A program made the translations under genes and the position numbers. Shown one piece after another: positions 34,345 to 42,620 of a stretch of 64,000 bases of DNA. Origin of the DNA: Clostridiales bacterium (GTDB lineage Bacteria > Bacillota > Clostridia > Christensenellales > Aristaeellaceae); NCBI GenBank assembly GCA_015056155.1, contig SVGU01000002.1, positions 4,169-68,168 on the forward strand. Reading direction: 5' to 3'. Positions within the stretch are counted from its first letter, which is position 1. Each line of letters starts with the position of its first letter. A model generated the notes under the pieces. The model was not told where the DNA came from and made no database searches. It worked only from the letters and a program-made list of their open reading frames with translations.

Positions 34345-35598
34345 ATGATCGCTGAAATCCTCTGCATCGGCACGGAGCTGCTGATGGGGCAGGTGCTCAA
34401 CACCAATGCCCAGTTTCTTTCCCGGCGGCTGAGCGCGCTGGGGATCAGCCAGTATCACCAGACGGTCGTGGGCGACAACGCCGCGCGGCTCGAGGCGGCC
34501 TACCGCCTTGCGCTGAGCCGGGCGGACGTGGTCATCACCTCCGGCGGCCTCGGCCCCACCGCCGACGACATCACCAAGCGCATCGCCGCGAAGGTCGCCG
34601 GGCAGGAGCTCGTCCTCTTCCCCGAGGCCGAGGAGATGATCCGCACCCGCTTCCGGCAGTATCGCAAGGAAATGACCGCCAACAACCTTTCCCAGGCCAT
34701 GTTCACCCCGGACACGACCGTGCTCCTGAACCCCAACGGCACCGCACCGGGCGCGATCGTCCCCATGGGCGGCAGCAAGGTCGTGATCCATCTGCCCGGC
34801 CCGCCCTTTGAACTGGAGCCGATGTTCATCGACCAGGTGGAGCCGTACCTGCTCCAGCGCTCCGGCCGGGCGCTGGTGAGCCGCTACATCCGCATTTTCG
34901 GCATGGGCGAGGCTGCCATCGACCTCAGGCTGCGCGACCTGATGGCCGGCAGCAACCCGACCCTCTCCCCCTATTGCTCCCTGGGCGAGGTCATGCTGCG
35001 CGCCACCGCCTCCGCGCCCACGAAGGAGGAGGCCGAGGCGCTCCTGCCGCCGCTGCTCGACGAGGTCAGGGCACGGCTGGGCGATGTGATCTACGCCATC
35101 GACGAGGATGACAGCGGTTCCCTCGCCCGCGTCGCTGTGGATGCACTCAAAGCGCGCGGCTGGACCTGCGCCGCCTGCGAAAGCCTGACCGGCGGCATGA
35201 TCTCCGCGGCGCTCGTCGGCGTGCCGGGCGCTTCTGCGGTGGTGCGCGGCGGGTTCGTGACGTATCAGACGGATACGAAGACGCTGCTGGCCGGGGTACC
35301 GGCGGAGATGATCGAACGGTTTGATGTGGTGAGCGCTGAGGTCGCGATGGCGATGGCGCAGGGAACACGGGAACGGCTGGATGTGGATGTTGCGGTCAGT
35401 GCGACAGGGCTTGCAGGGCCGGATGGGGGGACCCCGGAGAAGCCGGTGGGGACGGTGTTTGTGGGGATCGCGACAAGGGCAGGGGCACGGGTGCTGCCGC
35501 TTGCCCTGACGGGCAACCGGGAACGCATCCGTACCCTCACGGTAAAGCACGCCCTAAGTCAACTCGCAAAGGAAGCGGGAAAAAGGGTCCAGGGGTGA
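34345..35598 (+). CDS. cinA: CinA-family competence/damage-inducible protein (MoCF-binding domain plus PncC-like NMN deamidase domain)
   Basis: MIAEILCIGTELLMGQVLNTNAQFLS..VVITSGGLGPTADDITK..NGTAPG.. with C-terminus ..CESLTGGMISAALV..GASAV..GGFVTY.. Confidence 0.92.
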   Translation: MIAEILCIGTELLMGQVLNTNAQFLSRRLSALGISQYHQTVVGDNAARLEAAYRLALSRADVVITSGGLGPTADDITKRIAAKVAGQELVLFPEAEEMIRTRFRQYRKEMTANNLSQAMFTPDTTVLLNPNGTAPGAIVPMGGSKVVIHLPGPPFELEPMFIDQVEPYLLQRSGRALVSRYIRIFGMGEAAIDLRLRDLMAGSNPTLSPYCSLGEVMLRATASAPTKEEAEALLPPLLDEVRARLGDVIYAIDEDDSGSLARVAVDALKARGWTCAACESLTGGMISAALVGVPGASAVVRGGFVTYQTDTKTLLAGVPAEMIERFDVVSAEVAMAMAQGTRERLDVDVAVSATGLAGPDGGTPEKPVGTVFVGIATRAGARVLPLALTGNRERIRTLTVKHALSQLAKEAGKRVQG

Positions 35599-36260
35599 AG
35601 CCCCTGGCGGGGTGGAGGGGCGCGGAGCCCCTCCCCGTCGGAGACCTCCGCCGCAGCGGCCCCGCGCCCGCAGGCGCAAACACCATGACGCCTTTGAACG
35701 ATCTCCGATCGTTCAAACAGTCCGACCAACGCCAAAAGAGAAGACAACAAAGTGCACCATTCCCACATCTGCCTGCATCATGTAGTACCAAAGGGCAGTA
35801 CATCCATAATACACGATAACAGAACCGGCAGCGTTGCTTTCCTTTAAGACGCTGCCGGTTCTGTTTGTTGGATTGGGCGCAAACACCATGACGCCTTTGA
35901 ACGATCTCCAATCGTTCAAACAGTCCGACCAACGCCAAAAGAGAAAACAACAAAGTGCACCATTCCCACATCTGCCTGCATCATGTAGTACCAAAGGGCA
36001 GTACATCCATAATACACGATAACAAACCGGCAGCGTTGCTTTCCTTGCAGACACTGCCGGTTCTGTTTGTTGGATTGATTGGTGGACTGAAGCCTTTTCT
36101 TTGTTTGTTGGCTTAGCTGTTTCAGGAAAATCGGGGATTTTCCTGAAAGGCGCTGCGGTGTGTGCGCCTGCGGGCGCGGAGGTCTCCGACGGGGAGGGCT
36201 TACGCAGCCCTCCACCCGCGCCAGGGGCTTCACCCCTGGACCCTTTTTCCCTCTTCCTTG
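35567..36260. repeat. Composite repeat element: about 105-115-bp inverted arms (family A) bracketing two tandem 203-bp units
   Basis: The left arm (35567-35684) and right arm (36157-36260) are reverse complements apart from a few substitutions and a 15-nt indel. The tandem units are 35673-35875 and 35876-36077. Each has the family B hairpin and a terminator-like hairpin, AACCGGCAGCG..CGCTGCCGGTT-CTGTTTGTT. An extra hairpin, CAGGAAAAT-cgggg-ATTTTCCTG, lies at 36123-36145. The left arm supplies the last 7-10 codons and the stop of cinA. The right arm abuts the scfB stop. Confidence 0.9.
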
Positions 36261-37625
36261 TTAGTTGTCCTTGGAAGCGGCCCTTTCCTTCGCATAGATC
36301 GCCATCGCACATTCCAGACGCTTGCGCTCCATCTGGCACTCCATATCATACGGCTTGCTGATGTCCCCGTGGAACGCTTCCGCATTCGCCGCACAACCGC
36401 CGGAACAGAAGAACCGCGCCCAGCAGTCCCGGCACTTCTCCTTCGTCAACACCGTGTTCTTCTGGAACTTCTCCTGAATCCCCCGGTCAAACGTGCCGTC
36501 CAGTACGCTGCCCATCCGGTAGCCCTCGCGGCCCACAAACTGATGGCAGGGATAAATATCGCCGTCCGGAGTGACCGCCACATACTCGTTGCCCGCGCCG
36601 CAGCCGGTCAGACGCTTGCGCAGACAGGGACCGCCCTCCAGATCGACCATGAAGTGGAAGAAGTTGAACCACTTGCCGTTGGCGCGGCGATCCAGATAGA
36701 TCTGCGCCAGACGCTCGTACTCCTCGCGGATCTGGGGCAGATCCTCCTCCTTGATGGCGTACTCGCAGTCGGGATCCGTCACCACAGGCTCAATGGACAG
36801 CTGCTCGAAGCCCTCGTCCGCCAGGAAGAGCACATCGTTGCCGAAATCCTTGTTGTAGCCGGTGAAGGTGCCGCGAATGTAGTATTCCTTGTCGCCGCGG
36901 CGCCTGGCGAATTCCTTGGCGCGCTCGGCAATGATCTGATAGCTGCCCTTGCCGTTGACGGTGGGGCGCATGCGGTCGTGCACCTCGGGGCGGCCGTCGA
37001 TGGAGATGACCACGTTGTGCATTTCCTTGTTCAGGAAGTCGATGATCTCGTCATTGAGCAGCACGCAGTTGGTCGTGGTGGTGAACTTGAACTTCTTGTT
37101 CTTTTCCTTCTCGATGGAGCGGCCGTAGGCGACCAGCTGCTTGATGACCTCGAAGTTCATCAGCGGTTCGCCGCCGAAGAAGTCCACCTCCAGGTTGACG
37201 CGCTTGCCGGACTTCTCCACCAGCCAGTCCAGCGCCGCCTTGCCGACCTCGTAGGGCAGCAGCTTGCGCTCGCCCATGCAGAAGTCGCCCGTCGCCGCGA
37301 AGCAGTACTTGCAGCGCAGGTTGCAGTCGTGCGCCGCATGCAGGCACATCGCCTTGATCGTGCCCGGATCGCGGATCTGCTCCACGTCGTCATAGTTGTC
37401 AGGAGCGTTCAGCGCGCCGATCTCCTCCAGCTGCTTCAGCTCGCCGATCACCTCGTCCAGCTCCTCGGCGGTATACTTGCCCGTCAGGCTGGCCTTGATC
37501 TCCTCGGGCGTGGACTCGTTCCACTTTTCCAGCACATCGTAGGCCAGCTCGTCGATGGCGTGCACCGCGCCGCTGCCGACGTCCAGCAGCATCGGCTGTC
37601 CCACAGCCTTGAATGTATGAATCAT
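36261..37625 (-). CDS. scfB: SCIFF radical SAM maturase (thioether cross-link-forming)
   Basis: 454 aa. Radical SAM CLHAAHDCNLRCKYCF is present, and the C-terminal SPASM-type Cys clusters are CGAGNEYVAVTPDGDIYPCHQF..CRDCWARFFCSGGCAA. It lies immediately downstream of the SCIFF peptide gene. Confidence 0.93.
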   Translation of the reverse strand: MIHTFKAVGQPMLLDVGSGAVHAIDELAYDVLEKWNESTPEEIKASLTGKYTAEELDEVIGELKQLEEIGALNAPDNYDDVEQIRDPGTIKAMCLHAAHDCNLRCKYCFAATGDFCMGERKLLPYEVGKAALDWLVEKSGKRVNLEVDFFGGEPLMNFEVIKQLVAYGRSIEKEKNKKFKFTTTTNCVLLNDEIIDFLNKEMHNVVISIDGRPEVHDRMRPTVNGKGSYQIIAERAKEFARRRGDKEYYIRGTFTGYNKDFGNDVLFLADEGFEQLSIEPVVTDPDCEYAIKEEDLPQIREEYERLAQIYLDRRANGKWFNFFHFMVDLEGGPCLRKRLTGCGAGNEYVAVTPDGDIYPCHQFVGREGYRMGSVLDGTFDRGIQEKFQKNTVLTKEKCRDCWARFFCSGGCAANAEAFHGDISKPYDMECQMERKRLECAMAIYAKERAASKDN

Positions 37626-37693
37626 AGGATGTACCTCCTGATCGCTTCGATCTATATGGATGCGCGGACATCCGCGTCTTATTCACACGAAAA

Positions 37694-37720
37694 AAGGGCA
37701 GTGCACAAAGCTCCGCCCTT
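37694..37720 (-). terminator. Intercistronic hairpin / partial terminator between scfA and scfB
   Basis: On the minus strand: AAGGGC-ggagctttgtgcact-GCCCTT followed by TTTTCG, preceded by GCAGGG-caa-CCCTGC. Confidence 0.5.
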
Positions 37721-37748
37721 TTTGCAGGGTTGCCCTGCGGATCCGCGA

Positions 37749-37949
37749 TTACTTCTTGCCGAAGTTGCGGTTCAGCTTACCCTCGTTGCCGGCCAGCACA
37801 GCGCTGTTCTCCTTGTTCGCGCAGGACTGGTTCGCGACAGTGCAGCTGGTCTTGCAGGCAGACTGGCAGGAGGCCTGGCACTCGCCGCAGCCGCCGTGCA
37901 CCAGGGAATCCTTCAGGCAGGGCTTCTGGATGGTTTCGATATGCTTCAT
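37749..37949 (-). CDS. scfA: Six-cysteine peptide SCIFF precursor with an unusual C-terminal extension
   Basis: ATG 37949 (GGAGGAAACCAAC-ATG). Translation: MKHIETIQKPCLKDSLVHGGCGECQASCQSACKTSCTVANQSCANKENSAVLAGNEGKLNRNFGKK. It has the canonical GGCGECQ.SCQSACKTSCTV.NQSC core. Confidence 0.9.
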   Translation of the reverse strand: MKHIETIQKPCLKDSLVHGGCGECQASCQSACKTSCTVANQSCANKENSAVLAGNEGKLNRNFGKK

Positions 37950-38014
37950 GTTGGTTTCCTCCATTTTCTATAGGGGTTCTCATCCATTATACACGAAATG
38001 CCCCCGTAATGCAA

Positions 38015-38452
38015 TCATTTTGGCGAAATATTTGACAGGATCATGCCCATGATGCCGCCGCCAGCCACGCCCATGCCCAGATCGGCCAGATAAGCCGTCG
38101 CGGGCGCCTGCTGGCCGGACAGAAGCGCATACACCGCCACACCCAGCGCCATGTACATCGCGCCGACGGCAGCGCCCCTGAGCAGCCCGCCCTCCTGACC
38201 GCAGCCCACCGCGAAGGTGACGCCCGCGCCGATGGACACAAGCTTGAGCACCTGGTTGAAGACGCGCACCACGCCGTCCGACGGTCTGATCCACTGCATC
38301 AGCAGCGCGAAGACCGCCACGCCCGCGATCGTCACCACCAGCGCTGCGCCCAGCCCCTTGAGCAGCCGCAGCCACAGGGGCGCTCCGCCGCGCTTCCTTT
38401 GCGTTTGGTTTCCCCGGCCCGTCTTTTGGCGCGGGGCTGCTGTTCCTGTCAT
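38015..38452 (-). CDS. TIGR04086/YrzE-like membrane protein (usual SCIFF-locus neighbour)
   Basis: 145 aa with a basic N-terminus followed by 3-4 Gly/Ala-rich TM helices. It sits in the position expected upstream of scfA. Confidence 0.7.
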   Translation of the reverse strand: MTGTAAPRQKTGRGNQTQRKRGGAPLWLRLLKGLGAALVVTIAGVAVFALLMQWIRPSDGVVRVFNQVLKLVSIGAGVTFAVGCGQEGGLLRGAAVGAMYMALGVAVYALLSGQQAPATAYLADLGMGVAGGGIMGMILSNISPK

Positions 38453-38525
38453 GCCGATCCCTCCCCTTGGTTGTCCGTTTGCTGGGAGGATATGCGGAAT
38501 CGCGCAGGGATATGATCGGTCTGCC

Positions 38526-39695
38526 TCAGGGACGTTCGGTGACCCGGATCAGGCGCTCGTGCATCAGGACCATCAGGACCAGCACCGCCAGCAGGAACAC
38601 CGGGAACAGCCACATGCCGATCCCCTCGCCCATCACACCGAACAGCGGCGGCATCAGCGTCGTGCCCAGATACGCCGAGGCCATCTGCACGCCGATGAAC
38701 GCCTGCGACTTCTCCGCGCCAAACCGGGCCGGCGTGGCATGGATGATGCACGGATACACCGGCGCACAGCCCAGCCCGAAGCACACCAGACCGGCCATCG
38801 CCGCGGCCTGCCCCAGAGGCAGCAGCAGCACCGCCGCGCCCGCCGCCATCACCGCGAGGCTCGCGCGCACCAGCTGGGTATCCGAGAACTTCATCGTCAG
38901 GAAGCCGTTGACCGCCCGCCCGACGGTGATGCCGATGTAGAACAGGCCGCCGCAGAAGGCCGCCGTCGCCTCCGCCAGATGGTGCTGGCTGACCAGGAAG
39001 CTGCTCGCCCACAGGCCCGCGGTGGATTCCAGCGCGCAGTAGCAGAAGAAGGTCAGGATGACCTCCCGCGCGCCGGGCATGCGGACCAGCTCCCGCAGGG
39101 GGATCGCCCGCGCAGGCTCACCGCTGCCCTGCTGCACCTCCGCGCCGGGACGCTTGCGCCACAGCGGCAGGCTCAGCACGATCACCGCCGTCAGCACGAT
39201 CTGCATCAGCGAGATGATCCGGTAGCCCATCGGCCATTCGTTGCCGCCCGTCAGCACCCAGCCCATGATGACCGGGCCCACCGACGTGCCCACGCCCCAC
39301 ATGCAGTGCAGCCAGGACATGTGGCGGCTGGAATAGTGCAGGGCGACGTAGTTGTTCAGCGCCGCGTCGATGCTGCCCGCGCCAAGTCCGTAGGGAATGG
39401 CGATCACGCACAGCATCCAGAACTGCGTCGAGCAGGAGAAGCCGAAGAGCGCCGCCGCCGTCAGCGCGACGCTGATAGCCGTGACCCGGCCCGGGCCGAG
39501 CTTCAGCGTCAGCCGGTCGCTCATCAGGCTGGAGACCACCGTCCCCATAGAGATCAGCGTGGACAGGATGCCCGCGAAGGATTCAGGTACATTCATCTGC
39601 AGGTGCATCGCGGGCCATGTCGCGCCCAGCACCGAGTCCGGCAGGCCGAGGCTGATAAAGGCCGCATAGATCACCGCCAGCAAAAGAGCCGTCAT
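38526..39695 (-). CDS. MFS transporter
   Basis: Start moved to ATG 39695 (GGGGAGG upstream). Translation: MTALLLAVIYAAFISLGLPDSVLGATWP... About 12 TM segments. Confidence 0.88.
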   Translation of the reverse strand: MTALLLAVIYAAFISLGLPDSVLGATWPAMHLQMNVPESFAGILSTLISMGTVVSSLMSDRLTLKLGPGRVTAISVALTAAALFGFSCSTQFWMLCVIAIPYGLGAGSIDAALNNYVALHYSSRHMSWLHCMWGVGTSVGPVIMGWVLTGGNEWPMGYRIISLMQIVLTAVIVLSLPLWRKRPGAEVQQGSGEPARAIPLRELVRMPGAREVILTFFCYCALESTAGLWASSFLVSQHHLAEATAAFCGGLFYIGITVGRAVNGFLTMKFSDTQLVRASLAVMAAGAAVLLLPLGQAAAMAGLVCFGLGCAPVYPCIIHATPARFGAEKSQAFIGVQMASAYLGTTLMPPLFGVMGEGIGMWLFPVFLLAVLVLMVLMHERLIRVTERP

Positions 39696-39861
39696 TGGTA
39701 AGACCTCCCCGATTGGAATCATGTTCGCAGGGATTGTAGCACAAACCGCCGCAACAGACAAGGGGCTGCACGAATTCTTCCGATCGGAGGGAGCTCTATT
39801 CGTCTTCCTTGCTCCGATATGTATCAGGCAGCAAAGGTAAGAACGAGCAGCGGAAACCTGA

Positions 39862-39905
39862 GCTCCCTCCGGGAGGGAGCTGTCGCCGTGAGGCGACTGA
39901 GGGAG
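39862..39905 (-). repeat. Repeat family C copy (reverse orientation)
   Basis: GCTCCCTCCGGGAGGGAGCTGTCGCCGTGAGGCGACTGAGGGAG is the reverse complement of the 25825-25869 element with 3-4 changes. Confidence 0.85.
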
Positions 39906-40174
39906 TACGCGCAAGCAACACCAATGATCACCTGTAAAAGACATGACACAACTCCGCCAACTCCCATTTTGTCAAGCAGCCCCAAATCCACAAGGGAGCG
40001 CCATGATCCGCACTTTTTCCAATGCATTGCGTTCGTGGAACGCATAAGCAAATGAGCATCCGGCATAGCACCGGATGCCCGTCCTATATTGATGGATAGA
40101 ACATTTTTCAAGAGATCTTCCGCCCATTCGCGAAGCCCCTGCTGTTTTCTCTTCCGGCACTCCGGCGGCGCTCA

Positions 40175-41143
40175 TCATTCCGCCGCGTCCGCCAGAAAGC
40201 TGTGCCAGATGTAGCCGGTCAGGCCGAGGGCATGTCCGGGACGGTCGGCTTCCGGCAGCGCATCGCCGCTGACCCACACCATGACCCAGCCTGCATCCTC
40301 ACCGCAGCCCTCCCGGAGCACCTGTACCTCCGCACCCCGCTCCAGACGCGCCAGGGATGGGGAATCCTTCCTGTCCAGGTGGCGCAGATGGACCCAGTCC
40401 GCTCCGGCGACCCGCATCCGCCGCCCATACGCCGCTCCGCCGGTCAGCGCATCGGCCGCCCCGGCGCGTTCCCCGTATACCCGGCCGTCATCGCCATGGT
40501 ACCAGTCCTCGGGATAGCTCTGGTCCCACACAGGGACGCTCCCGGCAGACAGCAGCGTCAGCATTTCGCCGATCAGCGCCTCCCCGGCGTCGTACACCTG
40601 CAGCTCCGCATGCCGGACAGGCCGGCGGCCGCCCTCCCAGCCCCAGATGGTCTCCGTGCGGAAGCGATACCCGTCCGCGACGACGGACAGCACCTCCTGC
40701 GTATCCGCGCGGAACTCCGGGCTGCACATCTCCAGCTGGGCATACCCGTCGTCCGTCAGGACCGGGTCGAAGCGCTCTGCCGCCGGATTCCACAGGGACA
40801 GCGCATAGAACACATTCCGCGCGCCCTGCGCGGTGAGCAGCTGCAAATCGGCATAGCTGTCGAAGTTGAAGTCTCTGAGCATCACCATGGCCGCCGCCCG
40901 GTCCACGCCGGGCCGCTCGCCGGAAAACCAGCAGAGCGTCTGGTCAAGGCTGCCGTCCTCCGCCGCGACCGACGCCGCCAGCAGATACTGCCGCTCGGCG
41001 CTCTCGTCGAAGGCGCCGATCTCCGCCACGGTGACGGTCAGCAGCGGCATGTCCTCCCGGACGCGCCCGGTGCGCGTTTCCGTCTCCGCGCAGGCCGCAA
41101 AGGGCAGCGCCAGCAGCACGAGCCACATAAACCATCGTTTCAT
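40175..41143 (-). CDS. Secreted protein with C-terminal SH3b-like domain (hypothetical)
   Basis: Preferred start is ATG 41143, giving signal peptide MKRWFMWLVLLALPFAACA. The C-terminus is ..VHLRHLDRKDSPSLARLERGAEVQVLREGCGEDAGWVMVWVSG.. Confidence 0.7.
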   Translation of the reverse strand: MKRWFMWLVLLALPFAACAETETRTGRVREDMPLLTVTVAEIGAFDESAERQYLLAASVAAEDGSLDQTLCWFSGERPGVDRAAAMVMLRDFNFDSYADLQLLTAQGARNVFYALSLWNPAAERFDPVLTDDGYAQLEMCSPEFRADTQEVLSVVADGYRFRTETIWGWEGGRRPVRHAELQVYDAGEALIGEMLTLLSAGSVPVWDQSYPEDWYHGDDGRVYGERAGAADALTGGAAYGRRMRVAGADWVHLRHLDRKDSPSLARLERGAEVQVLREGCGEDAGWVMVWVSGDALPEADRPGHALGLTGYIWHSFLADAAE

Positions 41144-41194
41144 CCGGTCAGCCCCCATCATCATGTTGTCCATCAAACGGCGAAGCATGGCCGC

Positions 41195-41704
41195 TTATTC
41201 CCGCCCGGTCAGTTCCACCGTCAGGATCTCCCGCGTCGGCCAGAAGGCGCACAGGTGCAGCCGGTCGATCCGCGCCGCAAGGGGCGCAAAGTGCTGCATC
41301 AGCACGGGCAGCGCACGCCCGATCGTCTCCATATCGTCGATGAGCATCGTCGTATGGGGCAGCCAGGGATAGCCGTTCAGCGGCCGGGTCGTGCAGGCGG
41401 CCTGCAGGGCGGTGAGCGCGGGGCTCATGTCCGGCGCGGCGAAGAGCACCTTGCCGCCGGGCATCACGCCCACATGGCGGATCGCCGCCTCCACCGGGGC
41501 AAAGCGCGCCGCGACCGCCTTCGTCAGGGCAACGGCCGCTTCCTCCTCCTCCAGGCCGAAGGTCGCCAGGCTGATGTGGTGGTTCAGTCCGGGCGTCTGC
41601 GTGCCGGTGAAGCCCGCGCGCTGCAGCGCGTCGTACCACTGGGAAATGCGGCGCTGGTCCTCCTCGCAGTAGTCCGCCATCAGCGTCAGAAAGGTCTCCG
41701 CCAT
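41195..41704 (-). CDS. 2H phosphoesterase superfamily protein (LigT / 2'-5' RNA ligase-like)
   Basis: ATG 41704 (GGAGGTG upstream). Two HxS/T motifs are present: HHISLATF and PHTTML. Confidence 0.7.
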   Translation of the reverse strand: MAETFLTLMADYCEEDQRRISQWYDALQRAGFTGTQTPGLNHHISLATFGLEEEEAAVALTKAVAARFAPVEAAIRHVGVMPGGKVLFAAPDMSPALTALQAACTTRPLNGYPWLPHTTMLIDDMETIGRALPVLMQHFAPLAARIDRLHLCAFWPTREILTVELTGRE

Positions 41705-41831
41705 CAGGATCACCTCCGTGTTTTTCTGATAATAGCATGCGGCCCCGAAGCCCGTCAAGCAGGGATTCCCGCCCGCAGCGGCGAATACTGTCACAGATGC
41801 AAATCTGAACGATATAAAAGGAGGAATCCCC

Positions 41832-42563
41832 ATGTCCATCACGCCCCATGACATCGCCAAGATGCTTGACCATTCCACCCTGCAGCCCTTCCTGACCGAG
41901 GCCGATATCCGCAAGGGCTGCGAGCTGGCGCTGAAGTACGACTGCGCGTCCGTCTGCGCCCGTCCCTGCGACGTGCCGATCCTCGCCGAGATGCTCAAGG
42001 GCTCCGACGTGAAGGTCTGCACCGTCATCGGCTTCCCCCACGGCAGCCACGAGACCGCCATCAAGGTCGCCGAGGCGAAGCTCGCCCTGGACGAAGGCTG
42101 CACCGAGCTGGATATGATGATCAACATCGGCAAGATGATCGCCGGCGATACGCTGTATGTGAAGAACGAGATCAAGCTGCTGGCCGACCTTGCCCATGCG
42201 CAGGGCGCGATCCTGAAGGTGATCCTGGAGACCTGCTACCTGACGGACGAGCAGAAGCTTGCCTGCTGCCAGCTGGCCGAGGCCGCCGGCGCGGACTTCG
42301 TGAAGACCTCCACCGGCTACGGCTCCAAGGGCTGCACCATCGACGACCTGAAGCTGATGCGCGCGGCCGTGTCCGACAAGGTGCGCGTGAAGGGCTCCGG
42401 CGGCATCCGCGATCTGGACACCGTCCTCTCCGCCCGTGCCGTGGGCGCGAGCCGCTGCGGCGTTTCCGCCACGGCGAAGATCATGGAGGAAGCCGAAAAG
42501 CGCTATGCCGAAGGCACCCTCAGGGAAGTCACCGACCTGACCGAAATGAGCGGGGGTTACTGA
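41832..42563 (+). CDS. deoC: Deoxyribose-phosphate aldolase
   Basis: ..LDHSTLQP..VCTVIGFPHG..ELDMMINIG..LKVILET..DFVKTSTGY..VKGSGGIR.. SD AAAGGAGGAA. Confidence 0.92.
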   Translation: MSITPHDIAKMLDHSTLQPFLTEADIRKGCELALKYDCASVCARPCDVPILAEMLKGSDVKVCTVIGFPHGSHETAIKVAEAKLALDEGCTELDMMINIGKMIAGDTLYVKNEIKLLADLAHAQGAILKVILETCYLTDEQKLACCQLAEAAGADFVKTSTGYGSKGCTIDDLKLMRAAVSDKVRVKGSGGIRDLDTVLSARAVGASRCGVSATAKIMEEAEKRYAEGTLREVTDLTEMSGGY

Positions 42564-42620
42564 TTGCCAGGCGCAATGCTGCACCGAGCTTCTGCAGACC
42601 TGTGTGAATAGGAGCATGAC

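Noticed and set aside
32356-35550. 1064-aa minus-strand ORF
   Set aside because: It is antisense to the SpoIID-like and cinA genes, which have clear family motifs and signal peptide or SD features. Its composition is that of a shadow ORF.
35679-35813. 44-codon basic ORF (MTPLNDLRSFKQSDQRQKRRQQSAPFPHLPASCSTKGQYIHNTR) present in both 203-bp tandem units and followed by a terminator-like hairpin
   Set aside because: There is no SD before either ATG. The third family copy at 25655 has ACG instead of ATG and diverges after the hairpin. Both differences between the two copies that fall inside the ORF are non-synonymous. A structured RNA or repeat interpretation fits better, but a micro-protein cannot be fully excluded.
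39700-40174. Possible degraded gene or mobile-element remnant in the lower-G+C gap between the MFS transporter and the secreted SH3b protein (track ORFs 39819..40055 + and 39824..40111 -)
   Set aside because: Neither ORF has an SD, a recognisable motif or coding-like composition. The + ORF is largely the translation of the family C palindrome. Only a repeat copy and a hairpin (GCATCCGG-N7-CCGGATGC, ~40051-40073) are supportable.
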